From positions 10,664,001 through 10,728,000 of the forward strand of contig NC_135254.1 in the NCBI RefSeq assembly GCF_964204865.1: a DNA stretch of 64,000 nt. Reading direction: 5' to 3'. Positions within the stretch are counted from its first letter, which is position 1. Every line of letters starts with the position of its first letter. The notes under the pieces were generated by a model, which worked only from the letters and a program-made list of their open reading frames with translations, was not told where the DNA came from and ran no database searches. Below are positions 51,101-63,829 of the stretch, one piece after another. This DNA comes from Styela clava. Taxonomy: Eukaryota. The position numbers and the translations under genes were made by a program.

Positions 51101-54100
51101 ACCCGGAAAGCAATAATATTTTAAATATACACAGGCTATGATATACAATAGTATCACTCTGATTATTCCACCGCCAAAACGATTTGATCATGCCGTGGAA
51201 ATAAGTTCGACGTTATACGCTATATTATTTTGAGGTTCAAGACCCTCTCTAACATGCTTAAGTAGATTATTCCGAATGGAGAATGCCATCACTTTATAAC
51301 GTGGTTACTCGAGAATGAAAAACTATCATTTGATATAGCTGTGAATAAATTTGACATCGAGTTAAAGCTACACTGCAGTACAAAACTGCAGATAAAATAA
51401 ACAACAACGACGACAAAAAAATAATAAAATGTACACATTAAATATTTAGCTTCTACATACCTCATTGCGGCTGCCAGCGCAGGCATCGAGCCTTGTTCGC
51501 GGAGAATTAATGCATGTGCGATTTCTCAATTTGATTATGGTTGAGCAGTTACATTCACTCCAAGAAGACCAGGTTCCCCAGTATTTACCTATATTGGAAC
51601 TGTTATTTTTTTATAAATGCAATCAGCTAGATAGTAATATATATAGATATACAAAGGGGGTTTTCAGCAAAGTTCTAACTTTCTAACAAACTTTTTTGCA
51701 AAATGTTCTCGAATCTTCATAAGATCCTGAACTACCATCCGTTGGAACATAGTATTCATAACTTCCATTAGAAAACCAGATTCCTCGATCTGTTTCACCA
51801 ATTAAATATCAAATAATAGAATAATGACAGTATCTCGAAAAATGCGCAGTGAAAATGCGTGAGCTAGTGAAAACAATTGAAAAATAATTACGAAAAATAG
51901 TTGGCTTTGGCGTGACTCATATGGAAGCGAATAACAGAGCCCATTGTTCATATATCCCATCTCTTTTCCCCGACGATTGCAATAAGTGTCCAGTTTGATG
52001 GGAAATGAAGACGTAACATGGGTTTTTCATTCTCACCTTGTGGAGTCGGAGCTGTGGTCACTAACGGCATAGTTGCATTGCAGGAAGCGGATGGCGTGCA
52101 TATCTAAAAACAACGTTCAATTTGTTCAATCGTGCATGTAGGTGTTTTAACTAAACTAAATGTAAGTCAAAAATTTAATATTTAATGTAGAATGATCAAA
52201 AAATGATTGGCAATGAAATCCGAATTAGTTGGGTCCGGACTGAAGGGTTCGCAAGTCACATTCAAAATTGGATTATGGAAATATTTTGATACGTCAATCA
52301 ATCTGAATTAGTAACAAAATACGACTAAACTGACTTGAATAAATTTACCTGGGTGGCAATTCTAGGTGTGGCTATTAATGTCGTCGATGAAGTTAGGGAC
52401 AAAAATCTACAAAACGGTTGTTATATAACGTAATTGAGTCTCAACATGGATATGTATGGGTATTTTTTTTTTATTTCATTGGAAAGTTAGTTTTCGAACG
52501 ACACACTAATCGACATGCTAGGACCCTATAAAATCCTAAACTTAAATTTAATAGTTATCAAAATAGCCAGGTAATAAGGAAGCATTTTGAACGAAAACAC
52601 AATCATAATGAGCTATATACAGTGGTGGGATTCAGCCGGTTCGCACCGGTTCTATAGAACCGTCTCACGGAATTTTATGAGATCAGCGAACCGGTTAGCA
52701 TTACTGGTTACTGTCAATGTTATATTTGTAACAGATCCGGCTGAAAAAGATGACTTTAGTGAAGGAACCGGCTGACAAAAAATTTGAACCCACCACTGGT
52801 TATATATATATATATATATGTAAAACAATTTTACTTCAAACTGTGATGCCGTATCGTTGCATGAGTATGGACCAATTCTTCCGCTGTCAACACAAGTTCG
52901 GTTTCGCTGCCTCATTCCGGGGCATTCACAGCTTCCCCAGGACTCCCATGATCCCCAATTCCAGCCTGCAGAAACATGTAGATTAAAATATTCGTTATAT
53001 ATTTTACAACCGAGTATTTCAAAGCAATATGATATCAGTAAATTTAAATCAAGATGAACTGTTAATACAATATGAGCGGTAGAAAAAATAGCATAGCTGT
53101 GCATAGTATAAATAACGATGAGATGACATTATGGAAACGTTAAAACATTTTCAAAATCTTTCCTGCACTTATAGCTAATCGAAAAAAGTTTTGTACGGAA
53201 TATTTTAGATGAAATTCAGCTGACACGTTTTTGGCGGTTTTATCGAAAACTGAGATTTCTTCTGACAGTAATTTAATAATATGGCGCTGCTTTCTTTATT
53301 AAACATAATTTATCCAGTTAAATTTAAAACATCTGACCCAGTTAACTCAATTCTCATTTTTTTATAGGAGATTTTACTCAAAGAAAAGTCAGTCGCAATC
53401 ACTCGAAAAATGTAAACTAGTGTCTGATTAAAATGCGCGCAGTCGCAGAGATGCCAAGTGCTACTGAAATCAAACAGTATTTTAATGGTGCAATAAGCAA
53501 CAGCGAATACCTGATGAAGTGATACTTGAAGCACTTTAAATCGATGCTATAAAGTATGAGGCAGTAAACATGGCATGAATAAAATTTACTAGATTGGAGT
53601 CAATGTCATTAAAAATATATAAATATTTATTTGTATAAAGAAATAGAAATTGCGTGGAAAATTTAGTATACATTTATTACAAATAAAGTTTTTTACCGAT
53701 TACTCGTTGACAGACAAATGCAGTTGGCGAATTCGCAGTGCAATTGACGTCATACCACGGTAGATTTGCATAATACGTGTGCCACCACCCCATAGCAACA
53801 CAAGGTTCAGGTTTATCACTAGAAGGTTCTCCTGAGTTCCAGTTAGTGTAAGTTAGTTCCGAATTGTCATTCCAGATGAAGGTATCGTTTGTGCCAACTT
53901 CCTTTAATCCAATATAAAACCCATAGGGTTGTCCTGTAGACAATAAGATGCTTTAGAGCAGAATTTCCCAAACTGGGCTCCCTTAGCTTAATTGAGCAGT
54001 AAAAAGCATTAATGACGTTTGTGTTGCTACATATATGAAACATTATCCTTCCTCATCCTTTCTCCTGGTTAGACACATAAATTGATTCGGCATACCATAG

Positions 54101-54719
54101 GGATCCGACAAAACTAAGATTTACAAATATGGGTACGCGACTTAAAAAGTTTGGGAAACCCTGCTTCAGATTAATGGAAAGTTATGTAAGGTTGTATGTA
54201 AACATGGCTGGTTAGGACTGTTGTACATAATTGAAAACAGGTAAAACAAATACGTAAAGACTGACGAATTAAAAATTCTCAAACCAACGTATTGAGAATT
54301 CCAACACAAATCCCAAAACGCATGAACAAAGATAAAAATCATAATGTTAAATAACCTTAAGCAAATTCATTTCGGGATTTGGGGTAAAACGTGAAATGTC
54401 TTGTTTACCTGAGGTAGCTGAGACTTGATTCTGAATAAACATTTGAATCTCGCTAGTTTTTATCATTGCTATCTCACCATCATTGTTTTTACAGAATGTT
54501 TCACCATCAACATAGGATTTTTTATCATCTTTTCCAGATACGTAGTATTGGTAACTTCCAAATGCATTCCACTTACCTCTACCTTGTCGTAAAATAAAGA
54601 GTTTATGAATAAGCACATCATTTGAAAGTCATGATGATATATAGTATATGCCAACCTGCGCTAACGACGGCAACCATCCAAGCAAAAATCCCAACGAATA
54701 TCAAAAGATTCTCCTTCAT
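48155..54719 (-). CDS. A2: SP-CTL-TSP1-TSP1-stalk-TM-ITIM/ITSM tail receptor (about 639 aa if the broken CTL2 exon is skipped)
   Basis: Exons 54719-54656, 54582-54409, 53933-53697, 52965-52835, 52103-52037, 51588-51461, 51000-50859, 49808-49658, 49535-49438, 48882-48155 total 1920 nt, open. A truncated CTL2 exon remnant lies at 51789-51692. Tail TQYAFV, EVYATV, PTYATV, VTYATV. Confidence 0.8.
52620..52798. mobile_element. hAT-type MITE in A2 intron 4
   Basis: TIR CAGTGGTGGGATTCA / TGAACCCACCACTG; TSD GCTATATA / GTTATATA. Empty at the paralogous B1 and B2 sites. Confidence 0.85.
53959..54163. mobile_element. Short hAT-type MITE in A2 intron 2
   Basis: Same termini and position as 20-223; left TSD CTTTAGAG. 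Confidence 0.75.
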
Positions 54720-57035
54720 TTCCGCGCTAATTATCTAACTTTCTTACCCCATAACATTCTTATTTGAATCCAAAAATTGAATAAAACGAGATTGATATAT
54801 ACCAGATAGGGAAAACTAACGAGTAACGACATAAACTTCTCAAGACAATAGTAAAACATCAAAATCTATGAATCGATTAGATAACACTACTACATATCTA
54901 CAAAGCAAATAATTCAATGCATAATACTTCATGCCATAACTAGGAACGAATGATTTGATTGCCCACAATAGCATTAAATGTAAATATTCGAAAATTTTTG
55001 ATATTATATTTAGTACACTGCAACTAAAGTTCATATTACTAGCCGCATTACTTCCATTATCAGAAGAGTGATGCAGATAAGACCTTAATTCGACTTGCCG
55101 GGATGAAATCATAAGCAATATGATCTGACAGTTCTTACCTTACAATAACTAAGTCTAATATGAGTAATGAAGTTAATAAAGATAATATTTTTATAGAATA
55201 CAAAATGAAACTTCCTATTACGAGTGGGATGTTTGAATAACCTCCTAGTCACAACATTTTTGAAATTACAGCAAAGAGATGATTAATGACGAATATGCTT
55301 CAGGAGAAAATACTTATTACAAGACTGATTAGCCTTGTTATGCGGTATTCTCTAGTCACCTATGTTTATCTCAAGATTGGCCTATTTAGTTGAGATTTGA
55401 ACGCAACAATTGTTTCTTTCCTAAAAATAAATATCTGTATCATATTTTAATATATGAATTGTTTCTAATATTGGACGAGTTATTTAATATGAAATCTTTG
55501 ATTCTGGTTTCACCGATCAACTCAAATTATTCGCTTATGTTGAAAATGATATTTCGATCATATTCTGTTTGTTTTTGTAGTATAATAAACAATAACCATA
55601 ATAAAGTAATAAATATTTATTTCACGAATGACACATGAATAACAGACGGAAAAAATGAAAGAATTGTATTGTTTGCTACATTGATTGGCTAATTGGTTGT
55701 GTTTTCCGTTTTGGCTTCTACTACAGAAGCCATACGATAACCATTACTATGGCCTTCTTACTAAGGAAATGCATGTCGAGAAAACAACAACGGAGAATAT
55801 GACCAATCTAAGCAGAACGAAGATGGAAATTACATAAACAACAACTATTAAAGTCATACATGAATATCATGACAACTTTATAAGCAAAGTCTGGTAAAGC
55901 GATGAATATTGTGGGCTATACTAGAGTTTTAACCTAATAAAAGTTTAGTAATCTCTTGTGACTGACTGCTGTGCTATCGTAAATGACAGAAGGATTATTG
56001 AACCATCATTCAAAATACACAATTCGATATTTGTAGAAAAATTATTCATTTATAAAATAATAAATACATGAGTTCAAATCAATTTCGTTTTGTGGAACAA
56101 AAAAAAAACATAAAATTCAAAAATATGTTGAAATAAATGAACGATTGTTGGTAAATGAGATGAATTCAGGTTTTAAGTTACACACAAAAAAATTAAATTA
56201 TATGTAACAACATGATTTCTCGAAAATCATTCTTTCTCCTAAGGGGTGTAATTAGACACTTTTATTTTCCATTGCAGAAATGAGTGTAACATTACGATGA
56301 TGACTTGTGCAACAAACACTATTTTCTGAAAGTAGAAGTGTGAGCTACATATTTAGTGACAACTTGTGTTTATTTGGTATGTGTATGTGACTCGTCGAAT
56401 TTTTTAGAATTTGACCAAGTTTTGGGAAAGTTTAACGAAATTTGATTCAAAAATTACGATTATATATTGTAAACTGGATTTTAGAGATACACTAAAATAA
56501 CTGTTCACGTTTTGGCGTTTGCGAAAATGATTCACTGAAATAATTAGTCATAAAAAACGAACCTTGTTGATCCCCTCGCATTTAATTGATCATAGTATAG
56601 TTAAATCTGTATTCAATTTGCATTTGTTCGTTTATCATTGCATTTTAGCCACTTGTGCTGTATATTTGAAAAATATGGGAATTTTGCACTGCGACTGAAT
56701 ATCTCGAACCGAAATTAGAATGGCGATAACAAGCAGTGATATGTAAATGGGGCATTGACGCATGTATCAAGCGCACGTATTTGACTTATTGTACATATTT
56801 TCAATTTCAATAATATATGAAAGAATAATATACTAGTGGCATAGGTAACTAAATGCCAAGGATTTATCAATTCTTTGTGGAAGAAATTTCTTTAAAATGT
56901 TTTGGTATTTTTATTATTCATTTTGTTTAACAGAGCGTTTAACGTTTTTCAGAGCTAATCATTTTTACTGCTAGTTACATGCGCAAAGCATTACAATCTA
57001 TATTTGAATTTTGTCAGCTTATATGATTCAGAAGA

Positions 57036-60000
57036 ATGAGAATCGAATTAATATTTTTGTTGGTTCTTCTTCAATATCCGAGGCATCTGAACGCAGCAGG
57101 TATTATTTCATTGTTATGACTTTTTTTTTAGAAAATTCACTGAAAACAAGGTTACTCATACAGGTATAAGGGAGATTGATCTGATCAAAGATTTTGAGAC
57201 TATAAGAGCTTAAAGGATAGAATTGAGTGTTGGTAAATACCGATCGGCACTAAACTTAAAAGCAGTTCATATCAATACAATCAGTAAAAGATGTGTGAGG
57301 TATTGAATTCCATATACATGGAGTTTTTGGAATGATCTTAGAAATTATAGGTACACTAACAGTAAACTGATGAGAGCTCACAGTCAATCGTATTTAACGG
57401 CTGAAAACATTTTAGGGGGACAATATTCACATTTTTGAACATTTAGTAAGCGGTAACAACGGTTGCCTGACAATATGAAATGGTAAAATTTGTTTAGATA
57501 ATATAGGATTACATTACGTTATGTCTCAAATAATAATTTATTTTGCCAGAATGTCGGGAAACGCCCATGGATCTTGTATTTATGCTGGATGGATCGGGTT
57601 CTATCACAAATGTGAATTGGGAGCTTATGAAGTCATGGGTCAAGTTGGTAGCAGAAAATTATGACTTAGGCGGATTAACACAGATTGGCGTCGTTCAGTT
57701 CTCACACTGGTTTTCAAATGAGAAGTAAGCTATAGAAAGAGATTTCATTTTATTTAATTAGATTTTAAGCCGCATTTATAAATAATTTATTTAAATTATT
57801 TGAAAGCAGCTGCTCTATTAGTCAAGATCAAATTGCCTAGAAACAGCTGCCATGACATGTATTTGGCTTAACTTTGTGGCGAAGAATGATTCCTTCTTAA
57901 GCGTCAAATGAGATCATCATGATCACCATAGTTGTCAAAATTATGTCAACAGTGTTTTAGCTCTGTTGTGTATTTTAGTGCTTTATTAAAAATTAACAAG
58001 GAATTAGTTTTGATCGTTTTCCACTTTGTTCCACTTCGCTGCGAGTGTTTTTACGACTTTTATCTGGGTACAGTAAGACTAAGATACATTCTTCTAAAAT
58101 CATTTTCGGCGTTTGTTTGTATTTTCAAATTCATTGTTATTCAATAAAAAAAATTCGATAAAATAATTTTCATTTTCTTTTCATAGCACACAGCCCTATT
58201 TAAAAACTGAAATTCAGCTAGGAAAACTGAAGACCAAAGCCCAATTGAAGGTAAAATATTCATCAAGGGTTGAGCAGTCGAGACTGGTACCGTCACGGTA
58301 AGATCAGACCACAGTTCTTGCTGATGAGGTATCGAACATGGCGGAATAAAAAGTATTCCTCTCTAATTAAAATACAATAGTAAACTTTCGAGATAATCAT
58401 TTGGTTCTATAATTTTTTTAAAAAATTCCATCCGTAACAACAACAAAAAACAAAACCCAGAATTTAGCATATTTTAGATTCACATGTACAATGAACGCAG
58501 TTGCAAAACAAAGCTAGTGAGATAGTTTGGGGTCACGTTCTATGCGAAAAAGAACTAAAGTTATATTTGTCGTATGAATTGTCTTATTTAACGATTTGTT
58601 CACAAAATTGTGATACCTTCAGAATTCAAAATGCAATTAGCTTTAAATTAATAACTGAGTATTCTTTAGGCCGCTGTTGACGAAATATCAATTCATGGAT
58701 TCACAACTTACACTGCACATGCTATCAACAAAACAGTGAACGAAGATTTCATGAGATCTGATCGTTTTTATGATGCTTCAGTGAAGAAAGTCATTATTTT
58801 ATTTACAGATGGAAGGTAATAACTTGTGTGTACGTCTGAATACACGTAAAATGCACCTTTGAATTGTATCGTTAACTGTTGTTAATGTTTTTGTTATTAT
58901 TGTTAATGTTTACGGTTCTTGTAAGGGTAGTTAGCAGAGTTCTTTTGATATATCCGTATATTTAGCCCTTTGTTTTTCAACTTGGGTTTCTGCGCGATAT
59001 ATATTATTTTTATACCATCAAGATATTAGTTGTTGAAAATCTAAATAAATGTTATTTCAAAGCTGATTACTACTTTATTATTTACCAAATTATTCTAATC
59101 TTAGACATCAAAAAATTAAGAAGTAGTATAAAACCGTTTTCGTTTTGCTCGATTTATTGAAGGTATGCTCGTGTAACAAGTCTTAAATATGTGTGTAGAT
59201 TGTAGATAATTTTTTAAATCTTTTGAAGATCTACCGACAGAAATGATTTGCTTTTGTCAGCAAAATATGCTCGGTCAAATGGGATTACTATATTTGCAGT
59301 TGGTGCTGGAGGTTATGTAATGGAGGAATTACAGGTAATCTGAAAAGTTGTAACAAATTGAAATAAGAGAAATTTTATGTTTCAATATATTATAGCTTTT
59401 CTACCTTTTGTCTAATCAATATATTTCTGTGTATCAAAGATTGTTCATCAACAAGACTGAGAAAGTATAACCAAATTAGTTATCAGGATAAAACTCTTTT
59501 TGACTGAGATTGATAAGTAACAATGTAGGCTACTGTAGTTGTTTAAATGTTCTTTCTATTTGGGCATTCGTGAGTGAGACCAGCTTCTTCTCTGTTTCTT
59601 ATATCTGGGATTGGCAAAACATATTTCATTCAAATAATATTTTTCTATTAAATAATTAGGCATGATGCATGGATAAATGACGTATCGCGGGAGCTCGAGC
59701 TGATATGCGACTGGCGACGTTCCATTTAATCACTGTAGCCCCAGTGGTGATGACATTTGTGACTGCGAGCACACTTGATTTGGATTAGACGCCCAGATAG
59801 ACGCCCAGGATCTCCGCTGATACATGAGGCTCGTTCTCCAGCAAAACGTTAAGTCATGCATGCAAAATTGCAGATCAATAACGGCAGTGTATTGCGGAAC
59901 TGCCAGTTTATTTGGACGCTGCGCGGCTCTTCAGCATCTCAGCTTGTGCGATTGTCTGTGGCTAATTGTCAAAACATGTTCACTTGAATTCCTAACTTCC

Positions 60001-62175
60001 ACAAATCGATACATCCATACGTTTGATATCAGAGCACTTTGTTTCCTTATTGCAAACCATAATACACTGCATTTGATGAATGATCTCGTTTGCAATGAAT
60101 TTTCCATTAGGAATAATTACTATAGTGACGCTATGATTCGAGTCTTTGCCACCATTCACGTTTTGCCTGTGCTTGAACGTATTTGAATAAACAGCGCTAG
60201 GATTGAGGGCATGGACGTGCCTTTGCTGCTGTCCAGTATGAAGTTATGATAATGATGCCCCCCAACTTCAAAAATAATTCGGGGGATAAACAAATTAAAG
60301 CTGTTGCTATACATGAGAATGAATGAATTAAAGGTCACGTATGAGGGGAATCTTTGGAAATATGTGATAAATCACGCAATGACCAGACGAGCACATTGGC
60401 GGACAAGAGCGGTCAGCCACCATCATCATCACAATCAGTCACACATGACCATTCACGTCATGTCAACTTTACTTGAATAAAACACATACAGAGAAAAATG
60501 TGTAATATCGTGAACTCTACAGCTTGGATCTGCTGCCTCTCCCCCGCTGGCCCGCCCCAGAGTGAGGATGAAATTCACTTAGTCTAGGTTGAATTAAATG
60601 TTTCAAGCATGGTCTCTACTAGCACAATAAATCGCTTCTCAAATATCTCAATACCTGTATCTTGAAAAAACAGATTCGAGCTATGTTCATCTATAGATCA
60701 TAGTTGAATTATACCCGAGGAAATTTGAACTCGACCTCGGCAAAAACAACTTTGTGTTGGCATGTAATAAGACTCCGGCATCCCTTTTAATTTAGCTTTC
60801 TCTGGTATGATTGTCTCCATTACGATTTTAATATTCATAGTTCTAGCAAATTTTATTTATGTCTTTGTGTTCATTTTTAACTACATAGTTCAATTGGGAT
60901 CATATGAGTAGGAAATAACAAATAAAACGGTAACTAAAATATTTTTTTAGTAACGAACAAGACCTAACCTCGTATAGCTTGACTACAACGGATGTTTAAA
61001 CCGAAACATATAAAAATCAACTTTTATTCACAGATTATTGCAAATGGCCAGGTCAATAACAATGAACGAGTGATCACAGTTTCAAATTTTACTAGGCTGA
61101 ATACTACGGTAGACATTTTAAAGCAAGGTATATGTGCTATCCAAGGTAATGTTGATATTAATAGTCAGTTTTTTATTGAGGCTGCTACGATGTGTTAGTA
61201 GCATATAATTTCGAACTACGTTTTCAAAAAATTCTTTGCGCCCGAATCTGATATTGAGCCAAGACACTATAATAAATAAATGTTCCACATTTCGACGCCT
61301 AAGCTGAAATGATATTCGATTTTTGTTTTGTTAAAATCAGTGGATTATAAGATGTTTTGCAGGCTATCACAACAGAATTAACGATTGAAATTTATTTTCT
61401 CGTTTTCGAAAAGAATTTCGTTCAAAGCGCAGAACATATAATAACTCATTTCCTACAGATTTTATAGCATATAATATAGAAATTCACATTCACCACAAGT
61501 TATAACAGCTGAAATGTACAAATTAAAGAGGGAATTATATAAGATTCAAAAAAATATTTATATTCGTTTATAGTTCCCTTCATAGTGTCTCGCTACACTT
61601 GCACAACTTCATCGCTGGAAGTTCAATGGGAAACAACTACATTTAAGTCGGTCTTCTCATACAGACTTCAAATTCAGGTTGCCTTTATAAATAGAATGAA
61701 AATCATTACATTGGTCTAAACATTTTTACTGTGCGCTAGAACTTGCCATTTCATGCTAAATATCACATTTATGTATTTAACTTATAGGATCTCAAGACCA
61801 AAGAAATCAAGAAGACAAGCGTTCAGTTACTCATGAAAAAGGAACCAACAATAAAAATTCACGGAGAAAACACATCTTCGAAGTTTGCTTGCGTCACTAC
61901 GACAAATTTGTATATTTCAAGCAACTACGAAATCGTTGTTGAGCAAATATCGGCAAAAACAAACAATCAAATAAAAACCATATCCAAAGTTCTTCACAAT
62001 GCAAATGGGAAGACTATTATGCGGTTAACGTTTCTTGATTTTGTCTAAGTTATATTCCGGATATCAGACATTTTCAAAAAAAAAAATTGTTTTACACATA
62101 CCAACTTAAAACACATGTAAATCTATAAATGTGTGCGTGTTTTTTTCATTCAGTCTATCGGTGGAAACCAAATAA
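57036..62175 (+). CDS. V3: intact secreted vWA + FN3-like protein (about 342 aa)
   Basis: Exons 57036-57099, 57550-57724, 58187-58250, 58670-58815, 59229-59334, 61034-61145, 61574-61677, 61788-62023, 62154-62175 (alternatively exon 8 reads to a stop at 62048). MIDAS DGSGS..T..TDG. FN3-like SLEVQW...SYRLQI...NLYISSNYEIVV. No TM segment. Confidence 0.85.
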
Positions 62176-63829
62176 ACATATTAGGAAAATCCATCTATTA
62201 TATGCTGATATAGCCACCACCACATTCAGAGTGTAATAAACTGGGTTAGGAATGCGCAACCGGAAATATTCTTGTCCGCCAAGCTCTGTTCTTTATGTAT
62301 TATTTACTACTTCTGGTTTCTTATTCGAGGTGAAAGTGTAGATAACACTTCATAAAAATATTGTCAACTGACTACAGCTCCAAACTTGATTGGAATCCTG
62401 ATTCAAATTGATGATACATTCAATTATTCAGGATGTACTTGGGCATTTGATAATGGCAAGGAAAGCCAACATTGCTTCACAACGCAATCGGACTCAGTTC
62501 AGATGAATTAAACTAAATGTTCTTTTTTTCATTCAGATTTTAGCTTTGTCAAAAAGTTATCACCATCCAGTGTAAATAGATTGAAATCTTGTTTTCAAAT
62601 TTATAAGGAAAATAGGTCGATTTTTTTTTAAATTTCCAAACTCGCTTTCGAGATCAATTTGCTTTGACTCATTCTAATGGAATATTTACTAAGAACTCAT
62701 TTCACACTTGGTAAATAAAAACAAAATGAATATAATAAATTTTGATTGTATTTATCGATAGTATTTTAGTCTTGGAGAAATCGTCATTACCAATAATTAA
62801 TTTTTAGTACGAGACTAAATCATTTAGTTTATACTTTATCGAATACCTTATTGCCCAACTTAAGGACAGTCAGCTAACTAAAGAAAATCACTCGAGCATG
62901 TATGTTTTTACGTGGGGACATTTGTTTTACGTCACAATTCACAAATACCGCAATCGATGTTATGCTACGGTTCACATCATGAGAAAGCGTTTACCAAGAT
63001 TTTATATATATGTGATTTTTGTTTAATTTGGAAAATTTTAGGTCAGGATGGTCCAAGGTTGTCGGCTCCGCGGGCCACAAAATTATTTTTGCATGGTTCG
63101 CGGGCCACAATAGTGCCAAGAATAGGTAAACAGTGCAATACAAAACAAACTCTTTCATTGTGCAAACACATAGTTATCAGGCAAAGCCATTCTAGGCTAA
63201 TAGAAGCCGCATTCGATTTTTAGTTTTCTCTGATGCATATATTCTCGTTAGCATATATTCCCGATCAAATAGTTAAAAACCTGATAATAATTTAGACTGA
63301 CAAGCACATTATTTAACTTCGCTAGTTGACTCAGCTAGCCATAACACTATTTAATTCAGTGACATTATAAACACTTGAGCGAAATCAAGTAATCTTTGAA
63401 GTGATATATATATTCACTATATGGTCGTAAATTCTATTATTCTTGTATGAATATGTCAGTTCAGGATTTCTTGATAGTGTTGATAAAAAATTACAAGAAA
63501 TTCCGTTTAAATGATAACACGCATATCCTCATTCAAATTTATGTTTAATCTGACTACTTTACAAGTCTTTATCAAGAATGTAACTAACTGAAGCGAGTCA
63601 TATGAAAGCATATTATATTTTCTGCTCATCCTTTATTCAAAGTATTGACATGCAATGCAAATAGGAAAGTGTGAACTTATCACTTAGTCCTATAGCATTA
63701 AATAATATGACGATATCACCAAGCTTCAAATTATTAAATAACAATTATTGCAATAAGAATGTCAGTGGCACCTACAAACAAAAAAGAAACAAACTTTACA
63801 AAAATGTGTTTCTAATTTAGAAGGAAACA

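Larger units (their letters stand above)
23738..54718. repeat. Tandem segmental duplication unit 2 (A1 ATG to A2 ATG, about 31 kb)
   Basis: Colinear with unit 1. Longer because of retained C2, extra A2 exons and several TE insertions. Confidence 0.92.
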
